Of a DNA stretch of 64,000 nucleotides, positions 41,072 to 55,569 are shown one piece after another. The notes under the pieces are model-generated. The model did not search any database and was not told the origin of the DNA. It saw only the letters and a list, made by a program, of their open reading frames with translations. The stretch comes from the human T2T-CHM13v2.0 reference genome, Homo sapiens. The position numbers and the translations under genes are program-made. The stretch lies in the NCBI RefSeq assembly GCF_009914755.1, contig NC_060930.1; one strand, given 5' to 3'. Positions within the stretch are counted from its first letter, which is position 1. Every line of letters begins with the position of its first letter.

Positions 41072-41160
41072 TGTCTTAGTCTATTTACTGTTGTTATAAT
41101 AGAATAACTGAGACTGAGTCATTTATAAAGAAAAAGTTCTTATAGTTCTGGAGTTCTGGT
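41072..41160 (-). mobile_element. MST/MLT1A LTR 3'-end fragment
   Basis: TGTCTTAGTCTATTT...GAGACTGAGTCATTTATAAAGAAAA...TAGTTCTGGAG. Confidence 0.75.
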
Positions 41161-44100
41161 GGTTTTTCTTAAATGAGATAACCTTATTCTTTTTCTCTTT
41201 TCTTCTGATAAATGTGATAGTTTACATTGCTGAATTTTTTAAATGTTGAACTATGTTTGTATTCCTGGTATAAAAAACTCAATCATGATGATTTTTTTTT
41301 TCTTTTTTATGTACATCTAGGTTGTATTTGATAATTTTAAAACTTTTTTTTTAACTTATTTTCCTTTGTATCTTTCAAAATATGATTAGGTTTTAATAGC
41401 AAGTTTCTGTTGAAAAAATCCAGTCTTATATTACATGTATATTGGTTTAACGATTACATTTTAACTCATGGACTCTGATAAGCCACTTGTTAATCTTACT
41501 GGTTTTCCTTGTACATAGTGAATTGTCTCTTACTGCTTTCAAGGTCTTTGTTTTTGACTTTAAACATTTGAATATAAAATGTTGGGTATGGACCTCCTTT
41601 TGTTTATCCTAATTGGAGTTTACTGAACTTGTTGGGTTTATGGATTAATGTTGTCAACAAATCTGGGACATTTCTCACTGTAATTTCTTTGATTTTTTTT
41701 TCTACTTCTTTCTATCTTATTCTTTTGGTACTCTCATTATTTACATGTTTGTGCCTTTACTGTTGTCCCACATATTTCTCTGAGTCTCAGTTCATTTTTC
41801 TTTCTTTTTTTCACTCTGTTCTTCAGATTACATAATTTTTATGTATGTATCTAGTTTGGAGTTTCATATTTCTTTTATCTGCAAGTTCTAATATACTGCT
41901 GAGCCACTCTAATGCATTTCTTATTTTGGTTATTGCACTTTTCAACTCCAGAAATTCCATTTCATTATTTTTGAAAGTTTCAATTTTTATCAGTGTCTCT
42001 ATTTGATAAGATACTGTCATCAGTCCTTCTTTTGATTCTTTAAATGTGGTTTCTTTCAGTCTTTCAAATGTTTGTAATAGCTGCTTTGATTTATTTACCT
42101 GTTAAGTCCAAAATCTGGACCTTAATACAGGCAATTTCTGATGCTTGCTTTTAGTCCTATGTGTACGAGTCAATTTTTTTTTCTTTAGATATCTTGTAAT
42201 TTGTCGAAAGTTGGACATTCTAGATAGTATATTGCAGCAGCTCTATATTGATTCCTGTGGGGCTTGTTGTTATTATTGTTTGCCTGTTTATTTGTTTAGT
42301 GAGTTTTCTGGATTAGCTCAGTTATGTCTATTTCCTCTGAAGTTTTTAGCTTCTAGTATCACCTTTCAGAGGGTACAACTTTGGGCATGCACTCAGTAAC
42401 CCTGGCCCTAATGCCTTATAAATGACAGGCTTTTTTTGACAGTGTCTTACCTGGTATCCCTGTTAAACTACTCGGTGGTATGCCTCTATTAGTATTACAT
42501 ATAGCTGTGAGCCTCCACTACTTGCTAACTAATTACTCAATTGTTTTGTCAAGTCTTTGTGCATAAGTTGTCTCACTGTATAATCCAATTAAACTACTGC
42601 CCCTCTGCTGAGATAGTCTTAGAGGCCCATCTCTGAAACTTGCTCTAATCCCAGGAGAACTCTTTTAACAGCTACATTTTTTGGTTCTCTGAAACTTCTA
42701 GTTGGTCTATCCAATTTGCTTGCTTCTATCATGGTGCTTCCTACGTGCTGTTGCATGTTCGTTTGTTGCATCCTCTTAATTGCTCACCACCAAAGTCTCC
42801 ATTTTATTTTGACAATACTGATAGGCTTAAACTAGCCCACTTTAATTACCAAATAAAGTCAGTCCCCTTAGGGAAAATTATGGATCTCTCTGTTCTTATA
42901 GCTAGCTTCTCCCATTGCAAAAAGAAAAACAAGTATCTCTGCAACACTCCACCACTGCTTGGGGCAGGGACAGAGGCCTGTTTTTTTCAGAATGATGTTT
43001 CTGTTCTATGAGGGTAGTGCTGGAGTTGGGCTGGGGCAGTAACCACAGGTCTTCTCCACTTGCCAATTTTGGGGAAAGTAAAATTTTGAGGCCAATAAAA
43101 TGTCTATTTTTACTAATACTTTCTAATTTACTTTTGTTGCAACCAAAAACATACTTTCTATTATTCAAATTATTTAAATTTATTGGAATTTGATTTATGA
43201 CCAGAAAATGACTGGTTTGGGTAAATATTACATTCACAAGGAAAAGGATGTGTATTTTGCTATTTGAGGGTGGATGCCATATAAATGTCAATTAAGTCTG
43301 CCCTTTGATAGTGCTTTCTAGGTGTTTCTTTTCTACATTAATTTTATTCTGTGTGCTTTATTAGTTCCTGAGAGAGGTATATTAAAATCTTAACTATAAT
43401 TATGTATTTGTCTACTTATCCTTTGATTTCTATCAGTTTTCTTTGCATGTATTTTTAAATACATGTGTTTAAAAAAGCATGCTGATTTGGTTTAAGTTTT
43501 CTTGATTAAAAAAAATCAAGAAAACATTATTATGAAATTTCCCTTTTTCTCCTCCCTGAAAATATTACAGTTTCCAAAATACTGTTTGTCTGACATTAGT
43601 ATAGCCACTCTAGTTTTATTTTTTTATTATATCTTTTAAATTATTTTCACTTTAATACCTTATATCATGATATTTAAATTATGATTGTTTCAGGCAGTTT
43701 AGAGTTGGGTCATGCATTTTTATGTCTGCCTTAAACATTTTTATGTTTATGACAATGTCTGCCTATCATTTGCGGTATTTAGACCGTTTATATTTAATAT
43801 AATTGTAAGGTTGACATTTTCAGAATTAAATCTAATATCTTTATGTCTGCTTATTTAGTTATATTTTCTTCTTTCTTTGCTTTTTTTGGATTTACTGAAT
43901 GTTTTAAATTTTCAGTTTCTTGTTTGTATTGCATTATTAATTATGCCTATCTTAGTTTGTAATGATTATTCTACGGTTTACAAAGAGCATTTTAAAATTA
44001 TCACTATCTTCAAATATTACATATATTTACTTATAGTATAAGATACATAATAGTATAGTATCATTTTCTCCTCATATTATGTTTTATTGTTTCTATATAT

Positions 44101-44470
44101 GTAAATTGCTGTTTCTATAAATTTAAATTCTATATACGAAAATAGAGTACTGGAATCAATTATATGTTACTTCACAACTTGTTATTATAGTTTGCATTAA
44201 ATAATTAATTCTAATTTAATTTTAAAAGGCTGAAAAATATCTTTTATATACATCCCAATATTTACCTTTTTAACTCACTTAATTTTGTATGTGGATTGAA
44301 ATTTTCTTCTGGGATTTTCTTTTGCCTGAATAATTTGTATAAATATTTCTTGCAATGCAGGTATAGTTTTAATGGGTAACATATATTGCTATTTTCCAGG
44401 GAAAAAAATGTTCTTATTTTAAAAATATAGTTTCATTGAGTACATTATCCTAAGGTGAAAGTGCTCATTC
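41160..44470 (-). mobile_element. Mosaic of old L1M fragments (ORF1/5' region, then ORF2 endonuclease and inter-ORF)
   Basis: Minus ORF 41823-42020 (NNEMEFLELKSAITKIRNALEWLSS) is an ORF1p coiled coil; 43100-43800 is antisense endonuclease text (GGATGTGTATTTTGC, GAGAGAGGTATATTAAAATCT). Confidence 0.75.
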
Positions 44471-44559
44471 CCCTGTTTCACCTAATAAGGAGATCATATG
44501 GTTTAGATAGTACAAGTGTAAAATGTTGGAGATTTCTTAGCATAAGTTGACTCCATCAC

Positions 44560-44718
44560 TGGTTTCCTGAGGATATAGAGGACAACAGTCCTATAGAGCA
44601 GACCAGACCCACAGTAAACTTTCTGTAAACAAGAAATTAGCTTCTCTTGTATTGAGTTCCTGAGATTTGGTGATGACTATTAACCATGGTATAATCTAAC
44701 TGCATACTGACTGTTACC
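44560..44718 (+). mobile_element. MLT1H/I/J-type LTR 3' fragment
   Basis: CAAGAAATTAGCTTCTCTTGTATTGAG...CTGAGATTTGG...ATACTGACTG. Confidence 0.5.
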
Positions 44719-45534
44719 AAAAGTGTTACTATTAAAAGGAAACCTTTAGTACTTTGTGATTATTCAAGATAAATCATATTACATCTAGAATCTAGATTAA
44801 AGTCATAAAAAAGTAAATTACTATAAACTTATTTCACGCTTTGATAACACTTTAAATTTAGGGTTTTTTTTTGCCATTTTTCAATGTTTATATGTTTTCA
44901 TGAGGATTCAAGAAAAAAAAGAATGACTATATGTATTTAAGTTCTTTTCATGTCATTATCTTAGCAGCATCCAAAATGTTAAATTGAATTTGTGAATTAT
45001 ATTGTCATAAATTTATTATAAGAGAGACAACTTCTGACCTTTTTCCAGTGGTTTAGTTATATAATATGCCAGATACTTGGAAGAAGGCAACTGGTTGCCT
45101 AAGTAAAATATCTTGATGGGTTGGAAATCAGGGGCTTCAACATGGGAGGAAGAGTTATTGCTATTTTTTTTTAAGAGATGTTCCTTTCTGCAGTTTCATC
45201 CAAAATGGAGAAATTTGTCTTTAGGATAAAGAAATAATCTGAATGTATCTAACTCTCCCAAAAAGGAATACATTCAGTATCAAAATGCAAAGTAACTATC
45301 TTAATGAGTGACAGGTTAGCAGAAAACAGAGCACTTGAATCAATTATATGTGACTGGAGGTGAGAGTGCTAATGGCAGGACTGAACCATTGTGGAGCCAT
45401 TTAAATAAAACTCTTCATAGTTGCCCTATAGTTTCATTTGTAATAAGTTCACACATGTAGCAACATTGGCTTAGTTAGTTAGGGTAGGTCTTCTCAAATC
45501 TGTCTGTACATTACTGTCTTCTCCAGAGAGTTAG

Positions 45535-45873
<339 letters not shown>

Positions 45874-46214
45874 TATTCTTTTAAATAAATGGAAATGTTC
45901 AAACCACTCACAGAAATTCTAATTCCGCAAACTTACTGAGCATTTGACTTTTTAAAGTTTTCACTGCTGATTTTCATAAACATATAAGTCCTGCTGGAAA
46001 TTGTTTTTGGTGTTCTTCATGTGTTATAAGGCATATTCTTGGTTTTTTAGAACTGGAATAAGCCAAGCACATGATTTGCTAAAAGAAACTTAAGAGATGA
46101 GTTTACTCTTATCTTTCCCTGGACATATTTCTAAAACATACTCAGAAAGAGAAAAATAAAAAAGATGAAATACAAAGAGATATAAGAAAATATTTTAAAA
46201 GACTATATATATAG

Positions 46215-46276
46215 TCTATCTATCTATCATCTATCTATCTATCTATAATCTATCTATAATCTATCTGTCTGTCTAT

Positions 46277-46319
<43 letters not shown>

Positions 46320-46334
46320 CCCATCTGTCTATCT
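46215..46334 (+). repeat. Compound (TATC/TGTC)n tetranucleotide microsatellite
   Basis: Pure (TATC)10 at 46278-46317 plus interrupted flanking units. Confidence 0.95.
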
Positions 46335-49300
46335 GAAGTCAAATCAGAGTTTAATTTTTGGGGGAACATCTTCTGGAAAATGGCAGAAGTGGTAAATAGT
46401 TCAGTTAGAAAGGCATCCTTGCATCTCTCCAGCCACAAAACTTGATCCACAAAGAATGATGATCATTGCATTATATTTTCCATCTATCATACTTTAAAAT
46501 TAACTTTTATTCTTTAGTTTTGTCTATTATTTCTCATATATCCAAGCTAATTTCTCTGTTGCTCTGCAATAATTTTGTATACTTACAGAACAACTTTATA
46601 TTTAACACCTCCAAAAAAATGACTTAAATAATGTAATTTTTAAATGGTATATTTTATTTGGCTCCATAAAAACTTTATAAAATAAGTAAAATTTATGAAA
46701 TAAAAGAAAAAACTAAATTTTAAAATCTCTTTCACAATAGGCAATTAGGATAGCACTTGTTATCAATTGGTTAATGATTTGATCAATATATTTTAATTAC
46801 CCAGTATTGTCACTGTAAGAAGATAGAAACTCCATTTGATAAAACGTGGGTGTCAAGAATAATTTGGGTTACTTGAATTCTGAAAATAATTCTTCCTGTA
46901 TATGAACAATGCACTTGTTTAAACATTGAAGTTCCTTGGAGTCACTGAAAATCACTAATACAATGGAAATTAATTCTGTGGAATATTTTAAATTGGCCAT
47001 GAGGGACATTGTATTGAAGAGCATACACCCTTTAAACAATAATTCTGGCTAAGGGAAATAAGCTATTCATTGTAATTTTTAAAATGTATTCATTTAGTAT
47101 AACATTTTTCACCTTAATAAGTACTGAAAATCATATATTAATTATGTAGGTGTTTACAGTTCTTACTTTAAAGACATATTTAATTTCCTTATACAACCTT
47201 TATGATTAAACTACTTAGATTCAATTGAAAAGACATTCATACAACCATTAAAAGGCATACAAATATTAAATACTGTCTTAACCCCTTCTACCCTACTTTC
47301 CAAGATTTATGAGCAGGGCTTATTTTCTACCAGCGACAATCTACATAAATCAAAATCTACCCATGCTATTTAACCAGAGGGTCACCTTCATTTCTAACTG
47401 TGGACCCTCCTAAGTACTAGTGTACCCACTCATACACAATAACAACGTATTTATTATTTTCCTCAAATAAATTCAACGATATTGCTTGGCACTTTCAGAA
47501 GTCTTTTTAAAAAAAAAACACCAAACAAACAAACAAAAAAAAAATAAAAGCAGCTTCTAGATTTCCCTCTTGTAATTATTCTAATTTCAAGGCCATATAT
47601 ATACACAAAGATTTTGTATTTCATAGTGTGAACCCCATAAATATTTCAACAAAATTTGTGCCTGAGAAGTCAGCATAGAATCTGTAATAGTTATGTTAAA
47701 TTTTATGGAAAGCAAATCAGTAATTTCATAAATAACTATTTTATGACTTATGATGTGCTTTCATCATAAGAGTATTTTTCTATAGGTATCAATAATATAA
47801 CCATAGAATAATCTAAATTAATTAGACTCATTTATAATAAACCATTTTAATTTTCGGATGTTGGAGGGAAGAAGTAATTGCAGATTCTGTTTTTAAACCA
47901 CATGATTTTATACTAACACTATCTTTGTCAAATGGAGTAGTCTATCCTTTCAGCCCAAAATATAAGCTTATACTAATTTTTCTTTGTGTATTCACTTCTA
48001 TGTTTCACCTTAAGTAAGCTTGACTACAGGTGGATAAAAGTGAGCAGGAAGTTTTTACTTGTGATTCTCAAATTTTATTTCAAATCTCTGAATTTATTAG
48101 TAAGAATTTTTTAGATATGTGTAATGTTCAAGATTGTTTTTATTTTAAAACTGTCTCAGTCATTATTTAAAATGTTGATTCATGTTATTCAAATGCTAAA
48201 TATAATATTCCAGCCTTTTTATGAGCTATTCAAAAGATATACTTCTGCTAGGAATGGAAACCATTCACAGCTTAGTTTTACTCCCCTATCTTCTTGGTTA
48301 CCATACTTAAACTCCTCAGAAGTAAGTATCATCACTTAAAGGTAATACAAATGTATGGTAACCCTTTAAGCCACACTTAGCTAATAGATTGTATTTTTTT
48401 ACAAGCCAATTTGTGTTTATCCTAAGATAATGTACTTACTTGAAAACATAATTGTTCACTGGTAGATTTGCTAACTATAAAATGTGTGTGTACATTTTTA
48501 AGCTAAATATAATAAATGGATTTGATAGGTATATGAAAATACAATAAAATAAATTAGGATCAACAGAGAGCTTTTAACTAGTATATATTTCAACCATTCA
48601 AGTTTCAATTTGTTAAATTTTTATAGGCACATTCCAATATTACATATAATATTAGAAGCTATGATTAGAAACAAGACTGGGGGACTAGATGAATCATAGG
48701 GTTGCTAATAGGATATTAAGTCTTTTACATCTACATAGTCATTTGGTTGAAATCTAGCCAGCATTAATAGAAAAGCATATTATAATCTGCCAAATTAAAT
48801 GAGTATGTTATGAGGCCCCGTTCTGTTGAATAAAGGGCTACAGTTCTTTATGCTGACCAATGCAATCATCATAACATCAAAGATAGTTCATTTTATACTC
48901 ACTCATGACTATCAATAATTGCTCTCTGAAAAATCAATAACGGTCCTTAATTAGTATCTAGTGTGAGGACGTTTTATGTGATGTAAATATCAGGGTAGAA
49001 GGAGTTAGACATTTAAATATCCTGTATCATAAGAATATTTTCAGAGACACATATTTTCTTTAAATGTCCTAACTACAATATGATAACAGAGCTAAAGCTC
49101 AAAATATAGTAAATAAAAAAGCATCAAAGAGAGAAGTGAAGTTATTAATCAAGTTAGATGTCTCTTTAACATATTTCATGGTCTTAAATATAAAAAGTGA
49201 CAACTTAATAGTCACTAGATCTGAAGCTAGTTCTGTGAGATAAAGGAAGTAACCTATACTAGAGTAACAATTGTACATGTTCATAAAAATTTATGGTTAC

Positions 49301-49830
49301 AATTTAGAGATTTGCTGTAATTTTTTAATATAAAGCATGATTATAAAATTATTTTGATTTTATTTCAGATTGCTAAATTTGTTTACCCATCCAGTCTTAT
49401 GTCTGTGAGAGAGTTGTTTTAACATGCTCTTGGCATAAAGTATAAAATATGTTGAAAGATAAGCACTTTTTAATGTACTTCTAGGCATTAAGAACATGAA
49501 CATTTCTCTAATTCATTAATTTGCTAGCAATTCTCTTCTGATGAAGAAATTTGCCAGTGGCTGTGACCTTAGCTCATAACCGAAGTAATGTGATGGATTT
49601 CCATGAGCCATACACGGAAATTAGCTCCATTAATTCATAGTGGTTGTTTTCCAATTTGTTTTATACCCCAAAATACCTGGAAAATTTAAAATCATTCATT
49701 GACAATAGTTGTTCAATAGGCAATAATTCTCAGATGGAGGTGGGGTTGTGGCACATATCAAAATTTATTGAAAATGGGCATGTGATTATCTCACACATCA
49801 CTTCACCTTAAGGTATCACTATTTCTAGAA

Positions 49831-50076
49831 CACGTCTTACATGGCTGGAACAGGAGCAAGAAAGAGAGATGGGGGAGGTGCTACACACTTTTAAACAACC
49901 AGATCTCATGAGAACTCACACTCACTGTCATGATAACAGCACCAAGGTGATGGTGCTACACCATTCATGAAGAATCCACCCCCACGACCCAATCACCTCC
50001 CACTAGGCCCCATCTCCAACACTGGGGATTACAATTCCATGTGGGGTGGGTGAGGACAAAGATCCAAACCCTGTCA
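49831..50076 (-). mobile_element. MSTA LTR, 5' half
   Basis: CACACTTTTAAACAACCAGATCTCATGAGAACTCAC...GGTGCTACACCATTCATGA...CCAATCACCTCCCAC...ATCCAAACCCTGTCA. Confidence 0.9.
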
Positions 50077-50522
50077 CCTATTCATCCAAATCTGAAAACA
50101 GTAGATCTAGAATATGTTCAGAATTGGCATTACTCTGATGCAGGTGGGAGTTTAAGGACCACATGGCACTTGGAATTTAGGGACCATTCCAATAAATTAT
50201 GAAAACACAATGTATTTTATTTACTTAGAGATGTGAGGAGGTAAGAGTAAGACACAATTCTTGCTCTTAAGAGTCATATATGGAAACTCATTAAAATAAA
50301 ATGTAAGAAGGTATATACAATTGCTATACAAAAGGGGAGGAATGAAACTTCATTTATTTTGTTGTAGAGGTGTCAGAAGTCTCCTAAATAAGTGTCACAT
50401 GATGTGAATCCAGTTGATAAACAGGAGTCAGCGAAACAGAGTGAAGGGTAGGATATGGAGTCATTGCAATTAAGGAAGCGACGTGAGAAAAAGTACAGAG
50501 ACTTTTGTAAAATAGGTAACAC

Positions 50523-51061
50523 GTATTAGTTTTCTATTTCCTGTAACAAATTAGCAAAAATAAGTGACTTATAACAACATAAATCTATTATCTCATGGTT
50601 TCCATGGGTTAGGAGGTTGGCATAGTACAGCTGAGAACTCTGCTTTTGGGCACTGCAAGGATTCAATATAAGTGTTGACTGACATGCATTCCTTTCTGAA
50701 GCTGGGAGTCCTTTTCCAAGCTCACACGGTTGTTGGCAGAATTCATTTCCTTGCAGTTGTAAGATTAAGGTCGCTGTTTTCTTACTGAAGATCTCCATTC
50801 CTTGTCATTTGAACCTTTCACAAGCCCTCTCTTAACAAGATGGCAGCTTACTCCTTCAAAGCCCATAGGAGAATCTCTTACTTGAGATAGATAATCTTGA
50901 GAATAACTGTGTCATCATATTCACAATAGAACGTAACCTAATTAGGAGAATGGTATCCCAACACCTCTGGCATATTTTCTTGGCTCTGCCCACACTCCGG
51001 GGGAGGGAATTGTACAAAGGCATGACTCATTAGGGTTCATCTTAGAATGCTGCCTACCACA
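50523..51061 (-). mobile_element. MLT1E-like solo LTR
   Basis: GTATTAGTTTTCTATT...TTGTTGGCAGAATTCATTTCCTTGCAGTTGT...CATCTTAGAATGCTGCCTACCACA. Confidence 0.85.
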
Positions 51062-52249
51062 GAGCATCCAGGCATAGTAAGAAAAATAGCCATAGGTTTC
51101 ATACCACAGGCTTCTGTTTGAAGGATGAATCCTTTATATAGAGGCAAATGTAAAGCAAAATAGAGCAGGAAATATTCTAGGACATTTTGATGCATAAAGG
51201 AAGAAGTTTATCTATATTATCGTAATATTTAGGCATGAAATATTGCTTACAGTACTTACTGGCATTCTGAATAAGAAACTAAGTTAATTGTATTCCTCTA
51301 CCCCAAGGAAGCACAGTGACTGGTTATTTGAATGTTTTTTGTAACATGTATTGTAAATGTTTCATTTCTTTTGAATACTCAAATCACTAAAAATAAATAA
51401 TATCACTCATCAATTAAATATGATTGTTCCATACCATGCTTGGCACTGTACTTAATCTAAGCTTATTATATTGACATTTTTCACATAGATGTACTATTAG
51501 CATTTACATTTGCTGAGAGAATATGGAAAACATTTATGTTGTTTGCTGCAAAATCATTAGTGCAATGCAGTGTAGATCGAAGGGGAGTGTTCAACAAAAT
51601 GGATGTAAATAATTCAAAATGAACTTAATCAGAAAGAATGTCATTTTTTAAACAATAGTTTTTCATCGATGTTCTAATAAGCTATTAATAGCAAAACCTT
51701 TAAGCAACAGAATAGAATTTTACTAAAGAAGAACTATCACTTGGACAGTAGCCAGACTTAGAGAAAAAAAACCCCTAGTATTTACTAGGTAAAAATGGGG
51801 AGAAGGTTTACCATCAATAACTCTAATGTCCAGCCTGTTCCAGAGTTGCTCTACTGAATTATATATGTATATTATAAAATAAAACTCTGAACTTTGATTT
51901 CTAGTTTCTAGGCTATTTCTTTTTCTCAACTATAACAGATAATTACTCATCTTTTCACTAGGGTTGATTTTGAAGAAACTTCCAGGAATCATTTAAAAAT
52001 AGAAGAATCTAGATTCTGTAGACTTTTATATGTGTATATTGAAAATGTTTAAAGGCTGTATATACTGTGCTGTGAATATGTTATATTTTCCTGTAGAAAT
52101 AATACTCATTGATGGCTCTTTTAGGCCCTACTAGTTGGAACATTGGCTACTGAGGTTAAGTTCAACACTCTGCTTCTTTTAAAAAATATATTTGGAAATG
52201 GATATAAGGAATAAATCACTTTACAAAAAAACACTCCTAACCTGCAATG

Positions 52250-52420
52250 TGAAGCACGGGTTTTACTTAATTGAAACCTTACAATCCCCCTATGCTATGA
52301 GACTTTTATCACTCTTCTGCACTGATGAAGAGCCTGAAGCGCAGATCTGCCATTTTGTCTATTGCAAAATAAGAACTTCAATCTAGGTCCATTTGACTTG
52401 AGAGCCTATGCCAAGTGCTT
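52250..52420 (-). mobile_element. MIR
   Basis: CTTACAATCCCCCTATG...ACTGATGAAGAGCCTGAAGCGCAGA...TTCAATCTAGGTCCATTTGACTTGAGAGCC. Confidence 0.6.
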
Positions 52421-52787
52421 CCAAAACCCCTTTCATTGGCTGAATAATTGCTCGGAATGAATTTTCAGAGTACCAAGATATTGACACTTCAGCCCTAGAG
52501 CTGCCAGAAAGGGTTTGTGGTCTCTGAAGCCCTTGAGCTTGTTGCTTCTGGGCCAATGCAAATGGTGTGGAGAAATCTTGTCATTTTATAACACATTAAA
52601 ATTTAGTTAAGGACAGTGCCAAGCTCAGAGAACACTATTGTGAGTTGCACAGATCTGACATTGGACATTTGGAATTTAGATTCTAGTAGGAAAAGACATC
52701 ACCTTCAAAAAGTAAACAAAAAATTCATCAGAAATGTACCAAAAATAGGTTGAACATGCAAGCTCAAATAAGAAGAAAGTACAATAA

Positions 52788-52850
52788 ATTACATGATACA
52801 TGAATGGTGTGAATAACATCATGAATGGTGTGAAATTACATGAATGATGT
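52788..52850 (+). repeat. Short imperfect ~20-bp tandem repeat
   Basis: CATGAATGGTGTGAA at 52799 and 52820; CATGAATGATGT at 52839. Confidence 0.75.
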
Positions 52851-53521
52851 ATGTCTTCATCTGCTTTACAGAGACTAGTCAGTGAAGGCTTTTTTTGAGA
52901 AGGTGCTGTTTGAACTGATAGGAGAAAAGCATGAAGGATCTAGTTATTTGAAAAATCTGAGGGAAGAGTGTGCTAATCCAATCGAATTATCAAGGGCAAA
53001 AACAAGCAGCGCACCATGTTGTTTGAAATTCGAGTATCCTGTTTTATAAATTGCATTAAGCTAATATATCCTAAAAATGCCTTTAAAATCAAAACTAGGT
53101 GCTTAACCCAGGAAAACCAAATGCCCCTTTTTATTATTTATAAAGTAATGAATAATTTTGATGATTATTCCTGGTTACTGTGAGGTATTAGAGTATTCCA
53201 TTCTGCAGGGTAGATTTGAACACATTGCTCTAAATTTGTCTCTGTTGGTATATCTTGTAACGGCTGAAGGTATTCAGTAGCCCCTGGATAGATATGCTTT
53301 ATTGAAATTGGTTGATTAATAAAAATAGACAAACTTAATATCACTGTAACTTTTGAGGAATGAAAATTTATTGTTTTGGCCAATTATATTATTTAGTAAG
53401 TTCTCTCTACCATCTGGTACTAACATAGTGGCATTTCTGGAGGATTCATTACGGCTTTGTTAGTTTTTCTGGTTCTATGCACTTGAACTCTTGTAGCCAG
53501 AGATTATTTAACTGAGATTGT

Positions 53522-53655
53522 CAAGGCATGTCAGAAAAAATATTATACTTCAGGTTAAATTGGAATTTCAGATAAACAAATAATTATTGTCTAATATAAG
53601 CATGTCCCAAATTGCATATGACATACTTATGCTGCAGAATATTAATTGTTCTTGT
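53522..53655. mobile_element. MER53 (palindromic hAT-type element), partial
   Basis: GTTAAATTGGAATTTCAGATAAACAA...TATAAGCATGTCCCAAATTGCATATGACATACTTATGCT is colinear with recalled MER53. Confidence 0.8.
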
Positions 53656-53882
53656 ATAACAAAAGAAAATTATTAGTACATTTTAATTTTAAGACATGCA
53701 TAGTAAAAGGACGCTTTGGGGATTTGTGATACATAATAATTACATTTGAAAAAGATGTCATGGAGAAAGTATAAATGTTATAGAAGACAACGTCAATTAA
53801 GGCTTTTCTCTCAGAAAACTTAATTTTTTTCTATTTATCTAAGAGTTAAAATTTTAATTAAATTGCTTTTCTATGATGTTTA

Positions 53883-54203
<321 letters not shown>

Positions 54204-54340
54204 TCATTCCCATGTGTGATTAGGTTAAAATGACCACGACATATAGGAATGTTTAGCAACGTGAAAGGAAAATATATACAATGCGTTACTTATTCAATTT
54301 TGGTTATTATCATTTTCTACATCAAAGTGTAGCAACACAT

Positions 54341-54821
54341 ATTTACCAATTTGCTAAGGCTGCCATAATGCAGTACTGCAAATGCAAACTGAGTGGCATA
54401 AACAATAAAAATGTATTGTCTCATATTTCTGGAGCCTAGAAGTCCAAGCATAAGGTGACGGCAGGGCTGGTTCCTTTTGATGGCTGTGAGGGAGAATCTG
54501 TTCTTTGCCTCTCCCCTGGCTTCTGGTGGTTTGCTGGTAATCTCTGGCATTCCTTGGCTTGCAGGAACATCACCATGATCTCTGCATTCATCTTCACATG
54601 ATATTTTCTTAGTGGGTGTGTCTGTGTTACAAATTTCCCTTCTGTAAGGACACTAGTCATATAAGCTGCTCACCCTGCTCCAGTATGACCTCAGCTTAAC
54701 TAATCGTATCTGCAATGACCCTATGTCCAAATAAGGTAACATTCCGAGGTACTGTGGTTAGAACTTCAAAATATTTATTTGGGATTGGGATAAGGCATTC
54801 ATGGGTGTTCAACCCATAACA
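54341..54821 (-). mobile_element. MLT1C solo LTR
   Basis: GCTAAGGCTGCCATAA...GAGGGAGAATCTGTTC...GCTTCTGGTGGTTTGCTGG...ATCTGCAATGACCCTAT...TTCAACCCATAACA. Confidence 0.88.
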
Positions 54822-54859
54822 ACATGGCAGAAAAAAATGGACATGAAATTTCAAAATAC

Positions 54860-55030
54860 CTAAGACCCTATCTTTAAATTTGGTTCTTCACTACCTGCAC
54901 TCCGTTTGGAAAATCTCTTAATTTCTTTTTCTCAGCTACATGATCTGTAAAATGGAGCTAATAATTTTAGCTTTGTTTACTTTGCAGGGATTTTGTGTTA
55001 ACTCAAAAGAAATTGTGATTTTTTTTTACA
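54860..55030 (+). mobile_element. MIR (diverged)
   Basis: TCTCAGCTACATGATCTGTAAAATGGAG core. Confidence 0.5.
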
Positions 55031-55569
55031 TGTACTACCAAGTAAAATATAAATCAGCCATTTAGGATAAATTTGGAGCTAAATAAACTATTAGTCAAAA
55101 GATAACTGGTGAAAGCACACCATTAATTTTTAGTGTTTGAAATAAAACGTAGAAAATAACTTTGGAGCCACTCTCAACTACTTCTCTGCATTTTATCAAT
55201 CCAGTCAACAGAGAGACCTAATAGTGTCAGTTCAGCCCCTTTTCTCTGCCAGTATAACCACTCGCTTGTTCTATCAAATTTATCTCTTAATAGGTTTTTA
55301 AATCTGCATTATTAATCCTTTGTACCTGTCCTCATTCTTTTTTCAGTATAATATTCTTAAGAACAATATGTGAACTTGGCCTTAGTTGTGCAAAGAAGAA
55401 AGTCCAGGAGGACCTCACCTTAACTAATTGTATCTACCATGACCCTATTTCCCACTTTCAAGAATTCTCCTTGATGTGCTTACAATCTATTGGTGAACAC
55501 AGCAGACAAAACAGAAAAGAAATAGAAAACTTATTAATAATGTCTATTAGTTTTCATATTCTGATTTTA

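Noticed and set aside
52788-52850. Repeat-spacer-like pattern suggestive of a CRISPR array
   Set aside because: Only 2-3 short imperfect units with 5-6 nt gaps, in primate DNA with no cas genes; ordinary slippage duplication.
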